From assembly GCA_047495785.1 (NCBI GenBank), contig JBLDXI010000009.1, forward strand, positions 1,240,001 to 1,304,000: a DNA stretch of 64,000 bases, written 5' to 3'. The notes under the pieces are model-generated. The model was not told where the DNA came from. It ran no database searches and worked only from the letters and a program-made list of their open reading frames with translations. Positions 1-13,288 of the stretch are shown here, one piece after another. Position numbers and translations under genes: made by a program. Source of the DNA: Lepidodermella squamata (lineage: Eukaryota; Animalia; Gastrotricha). How positions within the stretch are numbered: position 1 is the stretch's first letter; the number at the start of each line of letters is the position of its first letter.

Positions 1-2171
1 CAGCCTGATAACGAGGTCGAAACTGCTAGCCCTGAAAAAGCCGAACCCGTTAAATCTACGGCTGAATTTTAAGAGATGATTAGAAAAATCGTAAAAAATG
101 AGTCGATTTTCAAAATTGCCGCTTCGTCGATGATCGTACGCGTGGTGCTTGCTCTGTAAACTACTCTCGTGGCTATTTTATGTTAAATCTAGCGGAATAT
201 TTTCGGCGCTTTACCTTTCCCGAATTCGAATGCCAAATCGCTGCGGTAAATAAAATCAGCATAGACACACGCGTATTGTTATTTTCTTGTGATACAGAGG
301 CTTGCTACGTATTATCACCATGAATATATTCGAGAAAAAATCGCACCAGTAGAGAAACGCATGACACAAATTGCGAGGCAAATTTTTCACTATATTCGCT
401 ATCTATACATTACGTTTGTTCATCGGTGGTTGTGCGCTGTTGCCCCTCATCAGTTATTACTGTTATTATTTATTTTAGCACTGTCTTATCAGATTCGACC
501 ACTACCATCATGTTATTGGCTTGCTTCTGATTTCTCCACGTTTTATTTTGAAGCTCTATAATCGCCGTTGCTATTGTAGTTTAATCTATACACGTAATGA
601 TTTTTTCGATCTTTCTCTTGGGCGCGAGCTTGCTTCAATTCGTTTCTTGAATTTATTTGCGATTGTCGAGCATCACCTTTTCTTCTGTTGTCTTCCGAGC
701 CTTCTTTTCTACTCAGTTATTACCACTGATTATATTACGCTATTCTACAATTCTACATCGATTCTTACAATAATAACCTTCGCAATTCTCGGTTATTTTC
801 GTTTTATTCATCATCGATCAGTTGCACAAATTATTCATTCTATAAATTATATGTTTTGCCGCTCCCAAGTCATCGTTTCTAGCTCTTTTTGATTTCGAAG
901 CCGGAACTTCGGAGTTGAAAGAAACGCGCCGCATGTGTAAATAAAAATCAAGTCGTTCCTGTTTCTTCCTTCTTCTTCAGTTTATCTAAACACGGTGAAG
1001 ACAAGTATATAATATCGATTATTGTAATTATTATTGTAACGATAAAATAACAAAGCGTCGTAGCCAGACTGTTAGCTGTTTTTTTTATCAAGTCTAATAG
1101 CTGATTGTTGTGCAATCATGTTGTGTGTCGGTGTTCAAAAAAGAGTAATAACTACTATCTGTGCTTCCTACCTTTTCGACCGGCTAATTGACAGTAATAA
1201 TTATAATTTGATTTCGCAAAGCATCGAACAGTAATTAACCGTACACCTCATGCCTGGAAAAAATGTTGGCTGTAAAACATACTATTGTGCGCGTGTCATC
1301 GCCACGCTTAACAGCTGAAAAAAAATTACTCAATATAATCCGAATTATTACTTATTTGTTGCTGATGCGTCTATCAAAACCAGTCAACTTTCTTTTCTTT
1401 AATTATTTCTGCTCTGCGTTGTTCTATCATTCGGCTTTGTTACAAACAAGTCCGTGGTCTTTGTCTTAAAACTGCTTGACCGATTATTATTATTATTATT
1501 ATAGAAAGAGAAGCCCGAGTTTTTGAGAATTGACAAGAGAAATCGCACGCCCGCAAAAAAAAACTGCGGAAGGTGAAACTTGATAATAATTTAGTAATTA
1601 TTCATTTAAATTGTAGACGGAAACAATAAAATTGCTAAACGATCAAAAACTGGGTGTTTTTTTGGTTGCGTAACTTTGAAAAAGGCGCGTGTTCCGAAGA
1701 TCGCGTGTCACGTTTGAGGCACGCGAATCTCGCAGTGCAAACGATACGAAGGAAAATGTGGCTGCTGAAACATGTTCGCGCGCTCTAAATACAGTGTGTT
1801 TCTTTCGTTTAAGATGATGGTCAACAAAAGCGCGTCAGCTACGTAAAAGGTTGTGTTGTGTCTGGGCCACAATGCTAATTCTGCTGAGGTGAATGAGCGA
1901 CGAACGAGCGCAGAAACTGTTGGCATGTACTCCACTATGTTTTTGCCTTGTCTATAGAAATTTAGCAGCGGCCCAGCTTTGCCTCTAAACTTCAGCTTCT
2001 TTCAGCAGAGAGACGTACTGCTTATGCTGATATTCATAGCTTTGTCCCGCATGTTAGTTATTGTATCACGGTACTCGGTTCGGGAATCTTCGCTGGCGGA
2101 CATTTTAAATTTCAGAAATTCCAATTTACTCACCCTTTTTTATTTTTTTCAGAACAATTTTAGCACACAAA

Positions 2172-3558
2172 ATGGTTACACATACTACGATATTCGGAAT
2201 TTTTGTTGCCTTAATTTTGTTGGGCCAAATGAGCATCAGCGTTGACGCTCATCTCGACACCCAGGAATGCAATTCAGTTTCGTTCCCATGCATGGATGCA
2301 CAAGGTATACCTCGGTGTATACCTAACAGCTGGATCTGTGATGGATTTTCAGGTTTGCCTAATATCTCGAAATCGCCCAGACACAAGCCTTGACCGTTGA
2401 ACTTTTATCAGATTGCTATGACAACATGGACGAAGCGAATTGCTATTACACAGGTTACTATTCTTTTTTCAAATTTTGTTGCCTTTAATTATTCCGAATT
2501 TTTAGAGACCAATTGCACCGCCAATCCGTCAGAAATTTTCCAATGCGGTGCGACAAAATGCTTTTCATCAACTTCGAACATCATTTGCAACGGTATAATC
2601 GACTGCCGTGGCTACAACGGAACTTACGTCAATGCTCCAGTTCGTTCATTTTTTCAACTTTATTGGAAATTTGGCAATCTTACATAATCTGATTTACTCA
2701 ATTCTCTTCGTTCCATCGCTAATTTTCGCAATATTTAATTTGAGATTTAGTATTGAAACATTCCACTTTTTTCTGCAGTATGGTATAGACGAATCGCCCG
2801 AATTTTGCAGCCCCGGCACGACATCGACTACGACGATTTATCCGAGCTCACGTGGCTGGCAACCGGCTACTTATTCGTCATGGGGACCGGTGCTCACCTC
2901 AAGTCTCGGTCCTAAATTACGGCTATCCACGGCACCTTTCTCGCAGATTTCAACGACTGACTCATTCTGGCGTAGCTATTGCAATCGCCAGGTTGCCGTC
3001 AATTAGTGAGTTGAGGATTTTAAGTGCCCTGATTTTATTCAAGTCCCAATTTTTTCCCATAGCTGTCCACGTCGTTGTGAAATTCACGGATTGTGTGCGC
3101 CGTTGCGTGTCAATCCGCCACGGTGGGAGTTGGCAAAGATGGGTGATGAAATGAACCCGCCGGTCGTGGGCCCTCGAGGCAAACTCAGCACCACCCCAGG
3201 TCCGCTAACCACGCCAACAACAACGCCAGCCGCGCCTACTACAACGCAACGGCGACAGCGGTTGTTGAACGAATTGAGTGACGAATTGCTTGAGCGGTTG
3301 TTGCATGACGAGTCGCGGTTGAACGCCGCGGTTGCTGCGCCCACTCCTCCGCCTCAGCTAGCTTTCCCTCGCTCGAATTCGATCGATAATTCGTTGAATA
3401 GTAAAAAACGACGCGATTCGGCAGTCGATCCTGGCGTTATGGCCGACATGATTTACGACTGGTCGGACGACGAATCATCGGACGCGCTCAGATTAACCTC
3501 ATCGCTGGTGCTCATACTCGTCACATTGTTCGCTACGGCAAATAATTTATTGTTTTGA
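2172..3558 (+). CDS. Cell-surface protein with 2 LDL-receptor class A repeats, Thr-rich linkers, a 4-Cys ShK-like motif and a C-terminal hydrophobic (GPI/TM) tail; exons 2172-2352, 2412-2453, 2506-2627, 2779-3005, 3063-3558
   Basis: N-terminal signal peptide; spliced LDLa motifs CIPNSWICDGFS|DCYDNMDEANC and ICNGIIDC...GIDESPEFC; GT-AG introns with compatible phases; hydrophobic C-terminus LVLILVTLFATANNLLF. The donor at 2628 is the least certain. Confidence 0.75.
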
Positions 3559-4626
3559 AGGCCTGCAACAGAAGAGAAACTTTCGAAGCAAATCGGTTTT
3601 CATTTTTCATACATACATATCTCATGTAAATTTGTAAACTTTGAAAGTTGTTAATTTGTGACTTTGTTTATTTCAATCATAATTTAATTTCGAATCGTGA
3701 GAGCTAACACAAATTTGACTGACAACATTGTGCTCAATTTTAAAGAAATAAAAGGAAAAGGCGACACTGAAAAATGCACAATTTCATCACAACATTCTGT
3801 GCAAAATTTTCGAATTGCGGGAGTGAAAAGTCTGAACCATTTTCCCAACTTCAGAGTGAGTCGTGGTTAAACGCGTTTTTTGGCTGAGAAATGAGCTTGA
3901 GAGTCACAGCGGGATATACCCTCGTACACAGCAGGTACGAAGCAAGTTACGAACGGCCGAGGTTCAAGGCTTATCGCTGGCTCACTGATGAAGGCCCGAA
4001 ACTTGGCCGTCGATATTCGCTCAATATTTGCACAGCTTCTGTACTCAGCTTTCGCAGTTAAAATGCCAAAATTATTTTTCTCTCAGACATTGAAATGCCG
4101 TATTACCCAAAATAAGCGAAAGGCTCATAATAATGGGCAGTTTAATAAGGGGCCAAGGTTCGAGCCAATAAAAAAATAAGGCCCTGTTCAAAATCACGTC
4201 CGAAGCAATGGGCTGACATTCCGATCCTATGGAAATACGAGGTGGTTCTTTTATTTCGGGTAATACGGTAGCTTTTTTCTGTGTAGGTAGATTCATGTCT
4301 GCTTTCCTATTACCTATAAACATCCATTTGCACCGCAGTACATCAGCGTAGCGAATTCGCTTGACTCATGGACTTCAGCTTCAGCATCACAAAGCCTAAG
4401 CTAAATTGGTGAACTCAAACCTTTCGCAAAACAATAGCTTGAAGAAAATTGAGGTTTTATTCATTCCAATATTTTATTGCGGATTATCCACAATACTTAT
4501 TTCTTTGTAAGAAAAAAACGAAGAAACAATTCTAGTGAGCCGATGCAGATACGTCTGTACTTTTTTAAAAAAGACGAAAAACGAGGCGAAAATTAATTAG
4601 TCTTCCGATTTCCGATTCGCTAGTAT

Positions 4627-7262
4627 TTAGCCAGCGAACAGCATGTTCAGACCGGAGGGCGCGTCCTCGCCGTTATTGCCGTTCCGTGCGGCTTGTTGAG
4701 CGGCTTTCACCTTGCTGATCAACTGGTTCAGCATTTGCCGCGTCTGATGGTCGAGAGGTATTTGCAGAAACTGCGAAATGAATATCAATTTAAAGTTCAT
4801 CATGATGCTTAAAAATCATATAAAAAATCTTACATCCGCAACATTTTCAGCTGTCACAGATTCGGTGGATTGGATGAACGAAACAACACGCTCATTCATG
4901 TTAGGGTCGGTGCCTAGGTTTTGCGCCGGTCGCCGTTCACCCTGCGGAGGCTGCCCATGCCCATATTGGTGTCTCTGCAAGTCAAAGATTAGTTCATACT
5001 ATGAAATCATGAAAAAGCGCTAACCCGGCCTTGTTGAGGCGGAGCTTGATTACCAGCCGGAGGATAGCCAGGCATTGGCGGGTGTTGAGGCGGGTTGTAA
5101 TGGGTTTGATTTGCGCGCTTTCGCCGCTTCATTTCCATTTCATGGCACTCTTGACCGGTAGGTAGGCTGTAAAGAAAATGAGACAATCAACAATCGGCAA
5201 GACAAATATTTAAGTAATATTACATTGGAGCAGGAATACTGTCTGGGTCGATGTTAGCCAGCCAGGGAGATTCGATGGCTTGTTGCGCTGTTAGCCGAGC
5301 TTTCGGATCGAGGTTCAACAGTTGATCGAGCAAATCTAGGGGCAGTGGCGGGATCAGGGTGCGAAACTCGTCGCGCAACACGCGTTTGTAGATTTTCTTC
5401 GCTTTGAAAGTATGAAAGAGAGGCAGTCGCGCTACATCAGGCCAAACTGCTTGTGTCGGAGTGCCGCAAATCCGGCTGATCAGTTCGAGTTGAGCAAATT
5501 CCTGATTCGCTTGGAACAGCGGTTTCCTGAGGAAAAGTTCACCCAGAATGCAACCGGCACTCCACACATCTACAGCCGGACCGTAATGTTCCTCACCGAG
5601 CAACAGTTCAGGCGGTCTGTACCACAGAGTGATCACCTTATTAGTATACAACCTCTCGTGATCATCGGCGTGGTACAACCGAGCTAGACCGAAATCAGCG
5701 AGCTTCAAGTGACCTCGGCTATTGACTAGAATATTCGAGCACTTCACATCCCGATGTAGGAATCCTTTCGCGTGAACATAGGCAAGTCCGCCCAGTAGTT
5801 GTTTCATTAGCGAGGCTACGTGCAATTCGCTGAAATCAGCTATTCCACTTTCGATAAGGCCCATAAGGTCGTGTTCGCAATACTCGAAGACAAGGTAGAA
5901 CATGGCTGAATCAGGAAGTGGAGAATTATTTGATTCGGTAGGTTCCAATTTATCAGTCACGATTTCTTGTAAGCGAACAATGTTTCGATGATCGAGCTGG
6001 TACAGAATCTTAATTTCTCGCACCGTCGTGATTGGGAAGCCCTCCTTCTCGTTCTCTAAGCGAACACGCTTCAGAGCGACGAGTTCGCCGTTTTCCTTAT
6101 CTCTCGCTTTGTACACCTGGCCGTATGTACCTTCGCCGATTTGAAGTAAAATTTCGAAAGCTTCCGATGTTCTGACGCCCCATTGAACATGACCGGTAGC
6201 TAGATAGCGCTGATTTCGATTGCGACGTAACAGCGACTTGGGATCTGGTGCAGATGAAAGAGTGCCTGTGGAGGACGATAAACGTTTCGATACTTGAGCC
6301 GAATGGCTGCGAGATGAAAGCCCTTCTGTGCTACCGAAAGGTCGCCGCGAATCATTTTCATCACTTTCATCGTCATCACTCTCTCCCACGACCGGCAAAG
6401 GCAGTGAAGAAATGGAATGCATCGATTTACGATGATTGGAATCTGGAGAATTCACAAAAGTTGGTGACTTGATTGTGGGCGAAGCCGGAGAATCGTTTTC
6501 CACCTTGGGCAAAGGAAGGCGTGAAATAGAAGACTTGTGATTACTGGATTCAGATGAACGGTGAGGCCGGTGAGGCGGAGCTGAAGTTGCAGAGCTGCCG
6601 TTTCCTTCGACTTCTTCAGATTTAACTGAATTTTTAGTAGCTTCCTGTTCGGCTTTAAGACGAGCTTTCATCCTAGCTTCTCGTAACGCTCGCATTTCTT
6701 CTTCCAGTAACGTAGAACGCTTGGCAACCGGCGATGAAAACGCTGCAGCCCCTTCACCTGTGGCGGCGGTAGCCAAGGGAGTCGCAGTCGAAGACGATTT
6801 GCTGGGTTTAGGGACAGAATTGCGAACTGGTGATGGCGAAGAATGCTTAGATGGAATCGCAGGCTTAGGTTCACCGTTTGCACTATCAGGGCTAGCAGGA
6901 GGTTCAATTCGCTTGCTATCGCTGCGATGACGTTTATGTCGCCGGCTATCTTGCGACCGATCTCGATGCCTGCTGCGTTTTTTAGACCTCTTGTGCGAAG
7001 AAGATTGCTGCGACGAGTTATCAGCGCTATCATCCATCTTACCGGGAGCATCAGCGCTGTCATTGTTCTCTTGCCGAACAATCATGGACGATGGTTCGTT
7101 CAGCCTCGAGTCGCCGTCTTCATCCGACTGCGTTGTAAAAGCTTCGTCGGGAGACTCGGGTGCATCTTTCGGCCGATCGTGCTTCCTTCTCTTCTGGCCA
7201 TGATGACCATGACGGCTTCTGTGGTGACCTTTAGATCTATCACCGCTGCGATGTCTTCCCAT
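4627..7262 (-). CDS. CDK12: Cyclin-dependent kinase 12/13 (cyclin K-dependent CTD kinase); exons 7262-5224, 5166-5025, 4974-4834, 4770-4627
   Basis: Kinase motifs [70 protein letters not shown]; R/S/H-rich N-terminus; spliced C-terminal extension [18 protein letters not shown] matches the CDK12/13 'DCHE + polybasic' extension; splice phases consistent. Confidence 0.92.
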
Positions 7263-8954
7263 GACAGGAGTCAAAGATAACAATTATACTACATTATGAA
7301 ATGCAAAGTTTAATTAGGGAGACAGAAGCTCGGAGAAAAGAGGTATCAGATAGGATGCAGACAATTAATTCCGCATGTAATTGCAACAGAAAGGCATGCG
7401 TTCAACGGAAAATAGCCATCTGAAATCAATAAAGATTAAGGTCGCAACAGTTCCATTTCACAAAACTAACGATAAGGACATCAACCTAAGGAGCCTTTTG
7501 AATGAATTGGTGGGTGTGATCGAAACTTGTGTTGATTGACAGTTAAGTGTGTGATGAGTGGTGATAGCGTGCTGGCACTCAGCAACCAGCCTAGTAGTCA
7601 AGTTTTAATCACACCCACCATCATCACCGCAAACCGCAGTTAAGAGCTAGACCAAAGCTTCCACCGGAGAAGGCGAAGCCGTCGCATCTGCAACAAACAA
7701 ACAAATCAGGCGATTTTTTGCGATTGATTTCATTCGCCGATTGTCCAATAATTGCGTGCTTAATCTGTTTTGCAGTATAGTGTATAAAATACATGACATG
7801 ACCTCTGCAATAAAAACGGATAAAAATTAACATGCGTCGAAATCAATCAGAGTGAAATTGCGGTAAAAATGCGGACCCGCAGACCGAGAAATGATGGAGC
7901 GAGAGCTCCCTGGCTGGGTTCAGTCGGGCATCCACGAGCCAGATGCGAGTGATCGAAAGCTTCCAGTTTAGTCAAAAGGTCATGCTATTGCTAGCATGGT
8001 GAAGCAGCGAATCGCTTGCCAAGCCATGATCCAACCCTTCATTCCTTGCAAGATGAATGAAAGATCATTCCTGTTGACGATCCGTGAATCTTCACCAGTT
8101 TGCAAAACTAGCGTAAAACTAGCTGAAGAGGTGTCTAATCGTTTCGTGTGCACATCTATTTCGGGTTTATTGACAAAAGAGGCCGTTGTCCACTGACAGG
8201 CTTGCAGTTGTTCTGTTATAGTTTGGCTGGGAGCCTATCTCTGTTGTCGCCCTCTAATCATTTATTAAGATTGCTATTCTCACCATTCACATGTGATTTT
8301 TCTTCATCTTCTTCCTCATTCCACACTCATTCCACACCTTTCCAAAGTTTTAAGCGCTCACTTAGCCTTTTCGAATTGAGCATTTACCTAACAATTCTTG
8401 ACTGTTTGTTCTTCCCGTTTGAAAATGAACGAAATACTTCATGGCGTCCCATAACGCATTGTGATATAATCTCCCGGATCTTCCAAGTAACATTATTCCT
8501 TCTAGCACTGCGCTCCATATTGAACTTGCAGAGAAGTCACAAACTTCAAAGGGGATTTTCCTCTGTCGCCTTTTTCTTATTTCTCTTACTATCTTGCGCT
8601 TTCTCTTATTACTGAGTCAATAAATCGAGGTACAAATTCTTCCACCATTAGTGCTCAGAGTTCAAGGCTTTGTCAGGAACTATACTTACTGCCGCGTTGT
8701 CTCCATCGTGCCCACATAAGTACGTCATTTAACTCATTTCGATCGAGGAATCAAGTCGTGTAAGCGGTTGGATTATTTCCCGGATCTTTCTAAATTGAAA
8801 TAGTTGCAAGTTGTTTCTTCAACAGAAAATATTTAAACAATTCCGGTCTCAGCCTTTTGAAACGCTGATTAACATTGCGTCCCTATATGAATTCGCGGCC
8901 CTGGTACCATTGATTTTTGTTATTTTTGTTTAATTTATAGGCAAAGCTGATTAA
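7263..8954. promoter_or_regulatory. Divergent intergenic region between CDK12 and MRPS23 (probable promoters and 5'UTR exons)
   Basis: Two housekeeping genes start head-to-head 1.7 kb apart; splice acceptors precede both ATGs (minus strand ~7420, plus strand 8940). Confidence 0.45.
7508..7620. repeat. Inverted repeat / hairpin, 22-nt arms with 20/22 matches
   Basis: tggtgggtgtgatcgaaacttg (7508-7529) versus caagttttaatcacacccacca (7599-7620). Confidence 0.7.
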
Positions 8955-9704
8955 ATGGCTGGATCCAGAGCTTACTTGTCAGGCTCAATATTTCAGAGGT
9001 AAATTACTTGCACAGGCCATTTAAATGTACATAAGCGAGTTTTACAGAATGTCTGGCCTCGTTCGATCGGGTGCTATCAAGTACGAAGATCGTCCACTGT
9101 GGTATGATATTTGCGCTGCGTTCCCCCCTAAAGTCGAACCACGCCTCGATCGCCTTCAAGTCGATCGCCATGTGCCTGACATAGTTTATACGGAAGATTT
9201 GATCAGAGCGTAAGCCAATTGATTCTTCGCATATCACAAAATCTAAATATTTCTCTTTGAAAAACAGCAAATTCTACGACACTTATGATACCTCCACTTG
9301 CGTGATTAACATGCTCGACAAATCATCGCCTGAAGCGATGTGTGATAAGTATGTTCAGCTCATGTTTCAGGATAATCTCCTAAATTTTGGCCAATTTTAG
9401 ATTCGTTGCAAAGTATGGTGAACTAAAATCATCTGGAGTGCCAGAAGGCGAACTTATTTCCAGAACCGCTGATGCACTCGCGGCAGAAGGCATGCCTAAA
9501 TTGAAAGCGAAAGAAAGCGAAGCAGTGAAAGCTGCTCGGGTTTTTGAATCCCAAAAGCAAGCCTGGGCAACAAAATGGGAAACTATTCAGCGGCGGCCCA
9601 GTGTCGCCGACGTCTTTGGCGAAAAGGTTGCGAAAATCGAAGGTGAAACTTCCATCGAAACCACAGGGAAAGCTGCTTCTAAAGACTTGAAGGAAAGTGC
9701 TTAA
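8955..9704 (+). CDS. MRPS23: Mitochondrial ribosomal protein S23; exons 8955-8998, 9048-9209, 9268-9348, 9401-9704
   Basis: Spliced protein MAGSRAYLSGSIFQRMSGLVRSGAIKYEDRPLWYDICAAFPP...IVYTEDLIRAKFYDTY...CDKFVAKY matches the metazoan mS23 pattern (MAGSR, PLWYD...FPP, Y.ED.IRAKFY); three phase-2 GT-AG introns. Confidence 0.9.
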
Positions 9705-10452
9705 ATGCCAAATATATTTGCTCAAAAAATCACGTGCTAACCGCTTACGACTGATAAGTCATTTGTTAAAAAAAATAAAATCTAACAATGAGCGATATTG
9801 TTTACAACTTCGACCTCTCTTTTTAACCGCCTTCACTCCATCCGAGTTGTCATAATGATTATTCGGCTGAATGTTTTTGTCGTGTGTGATAAAAAAAACC
9901 ACAAATGCAAACGGAGTGCTGGCTTACATTGCTTACTAGCGTCTAGAAAAAACTTGCTACCACTCTACAGCAAAGGCTCTCACGCATACAAGCGCATAAA
10001 CGCTGAGGAACATGTCATTGTATGTATAAGTTATGTATGTTGAGCATTGGAATCAGATATAGCGAGGTTTTCATTCAGTAGTAGAGATATCTTGAAATCA
10101 GTTTTGATTAGCTGAAACGAAAATTCCCTTTCCCACATGCTCCATGTGAAGCATCAGTTTTTAAACGAATTTGATACAGCGAGAATAGAACCCACTGACA
10201 CGTTAATCTATGTATGTATTCCCGGCGAAATGCCCTTAGCTGACTTTCCTTCTGTGTCAAAATATTGGGACACGAAAGTAGGGGACCATCATTGTGAACT
10301 AGCAGCCTATCTAGATGCATTATCAGTCCACTTACATGGCTGGTTAATTAGTAACCGTGATGTTAACAACTGCGACTGTGATATATCCTCACACGTCCTG
10401 TTAGGCCATTTAGTATTTCGAACTCAATATTTGACGCCGTAATTATTACTAG

Positions 10453-12206
10453 ATGTTAAATAATTTTAATATAAAAGACATCCCACTATTCGTCCAAGTG
10501 GCGACTGGTGTAGCCGTCACTTCGCTGACTTCATTCTACCTTTATCGAAAATTGGTATGCCATCGTTATTTCAAACGGCGCGGAATTCCCGGACCAGAGC
10601 CGCACTGGCTATGGGGTAATCTTCATCAAGTTGCATGCGAAAATCGCCACGAAGTCATGGAAGGATGGGCTAAGAAATATGGCGACTTCTATGGCTACTA
10701 CGAAGGCCCAACACCAATTCTTGTGACGTCGAGCCTCGAAGGCGCTGAGCAAGTTTGCGTCAAGCAATTTGCTTACTTTCAAGGTCACAATGTAAGCGAG
10801 CCATTGCTATTGGTTGTATTGTATTCGTGCAAATGAGTAATTTCTAGTTGATACCAATGGCCCCGGATGCCACGGAAACAGAAACACCGGTTAGCCACAT
10901 GCTTTGGGCAACTGGTGATTATTGGAAACGGTATGCTCTAAAAAATCAGAATTTACTGAACCTACAAATGAATATGATATAGCTTGAGAAGTGCGTGTAA
11001 CCCTGCGTTTTCTACTGGCAAATTAAAATCCTATCAGCCACTGATGGAGCAAACACAAGTTGATTTCATGGAACATCTCTCTGAAAAAGCGAAATCAGGC
11101 GAAAACTTCGATTGCCGAACGTCATTTCAGTATCTAACGTTGGACGTCATCGCCGAAGTTGGCTTTGGTCTCGATTTCAAAGCTATCAAAACCAAGGGAG
11201 TGGGGAACCCTGTTCTGAAGAGCTTGCTAGAACTGTTCTTCATTAGCATTCAACCGAGCCCAGCGATAGATTTTTTCAAAACATTTCCGGCATTTATTCC
11301 TCTATTGAAGGTTTGTGGTGCATTATTGAAATCTTTATCCCAAATTTAATTGTATAGTTGATGCTGCAACGTGATATAAAAAACTTGAGCGGAATGTTCA
11401 AACCTATCGGCTTGCTCATAGATATGGTTGGGAAAATCATGGAGGGTCGCTTGAATAACCCAGCCGCACGGCGAAACGACCTGCTACAGCTCATGCTTGA
11501 TAATTCGGATATGGTGAAGCATGAATCGACCGTTGACAAAGCTTTGATGAACGCGCGTGAAATCAAGGCTCAGTCTTTTCTGTTCTTCTTCGCTGGGTAC
11601 GAGACATCGAGCTCTACCTTGGCCTACATATCCTATTGCCTGGCGCGGAATCAAGACGTGCAGGAGAAGCTTGTCGCAGAAATCTACTCGAAATATCCGA
11701 AAGAGAACAAGGATTTCAAACCAGCATATGACGTAGTAATGAACGAAATGCCGTACTTGGATTGGGTGGTGCGTGAAACCCTTCGTTTGTATCCGATTGC
11801 GATCCACGTGGTTCACCGGTATGTTCTCGGCGAAACCCAACTCTGTGGTATCCCCATTGATCTCGGCTGCAAATCAGTTCTGGTTGACATGTGGTCAATT
11901 CACCAGAATCCTGAATTTTGGGGACCTGTTGATCCGAAGACATTTTATCCTGAGCGATTCTCCCCGGAAAATTCCGCAGGTCGGCCTGACATCGCTTTCA
12001 TGGCTTTCGGCTACGGTCCTAGGCAATGTATCGGAATGCGCTTGGCACTATTTGAGATGAAGACCACGTTGGTCAACCTTCTTCATCGCTTTAAAATTTT
12101 GGAACCGACGGGCGGCTATCCACCCGGTGGTTTGAAACTCACATCTCGCGAGTCTGGCGCTCTGTTACCTATTGGAGATGTCTCGGTAAGACTAGCGTAT
12201 CGCTAA
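10453..12206 (+). CDS. Cytochrome P450, CYP3 clan (copy A); exons 10453-10791, 10848-10930, 10983-11310, 11358-12206
   Basis: N-terminal anchor plus GIPGPEP, WKRLR, AGYETSS (I-helix), ETLR, PERF and heme motif FGYGPRQCIG; intact spliced frame. Confidence 0.93.
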
Positions 12207-12416
12207 AAGAGCGGGGGCCTTTCGAAGCCGAAATGACTGTGCGTGCAAATTTGCCGCTAAATGACCGCTGATATGCAAGACCATATTTTTTGAAGAAAAC
12301 TTTTGTCTGAAAGGAACAATAATTCACAGAAAATCATTGTTTTATATTCAGGGCAGCTTTCATCTCTTTTCCCCTTAAATTTAGTTAATAAATAGGTTAA
12401 TTGAGACTTTTTCTAG

Positions 12417-13288
12417 ATGCTTTTATTCACAATAGATTTGAATAGTTTTCTCAAGTATCTGACAGTGGCAGCTGCGGCAGTTTTAGGCCCATTGGGATCT
12501 TTTTACCTTTACCGGAAATTTGTATGCCATCGGTACTGGAAGCGCCGAGGAGTTCCCGGACCGGAGCCACACTGGCTATGGGGCAATGTACACCAATTCA
12601 CGTGCGAAAATCGTATCGAGGTCATGGCTGAGTGGGCAAAACAATACGGCGAATTTTACGGCTATTTCGAAGGTCCGACCCCGTTTTTATTTACAACAAG
12701 CATCGTCGCAGCTGAACAAATTTGCGTCAAACAATATTCTGATTTCCAAGGCCACTACGTAATTTTAGTCGAAAGTGCCATTCGCTAGGTTTGACTAATT
12801 ATTTTCTTAGATTTTCCCGCTTACGCCTGATCCAAAAGACACGAATAGTCCGAATAACCACATGTTCTGGGCTCAGGGGGATCATTGGAAACGGCTTAGA
12901 ACTGCAACAAATCCCGGATTCTCAACCGGAAAGCTTAAATCTTACCTCCCTTTGGTTGATGAAAGCATGGGAGATCTCATGGATTTAATGGCAAGCATGC
13001 CAAAGTGAGAGCATAAAGATATCGTCGACCTAATTATTTCTGATTTTCAAAAGATCTGGCGAGACATTCGACTGTCGGAAAATCTATCAATTGCTCACGT
13101 TAGACGTAATTGCTGAGGTTGGCTTCGGCCTCGATTTCAAAGCGATTCGTTCCAGAGGCGAAGGGAATCCAGTTCTCGTAGCGATCCGAGCAGTATTCGC
13201 TAAAAGTTTGAATCCCAACCCACTTATTTATTATTTACGAGTGTTTCCCTGCCTGGTTCCTCTCGCTAAATGGCAAATGAGCCGCCAA
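12417..13288 (+). pseudogene. Cytochrome P450 copy B, 5' half only, broken at a Mutator element; exons 12417-12758, 12811-13004, 13054-13288
   Basis: Colinear with copy D up to PLAKWQMSRQ (D: PPAKVWMTRQ), then homology stops abruptly; no I-helix or heme region before copy C. Confidence 0.88.

Noticed and set aside
289-1935. Short ORFs upstream of the LDLa gene
   Set aside because: AT-rich, low-complexity translations with no motifs or spliceable partners; likely UTR, intron or regulatory DNA.
3953-4020. Hammerhead-ribozyme-like core (ctgatga...gaaac) inside a cggccgag/cttggccg stem
   Set aside because: Only 6 nt (aggccc) lie between the core motifs, too few for stem II, and no stem I pairing could be built in type I or type III topology; probably part of a decayed repeat.
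5412-7280. Antisense and alternative-frame ORFs over CDK12 (and similar ones over the CYPs, flippases and GPCRs)
   Set aside because: Shadows of real coding exons with no independent motifs.
7996-8615. ORFs of 66 and 155 aa between CDK12 and MRPS23
   Set aside because: No recognisable domain or consistent exon structure on either strand.
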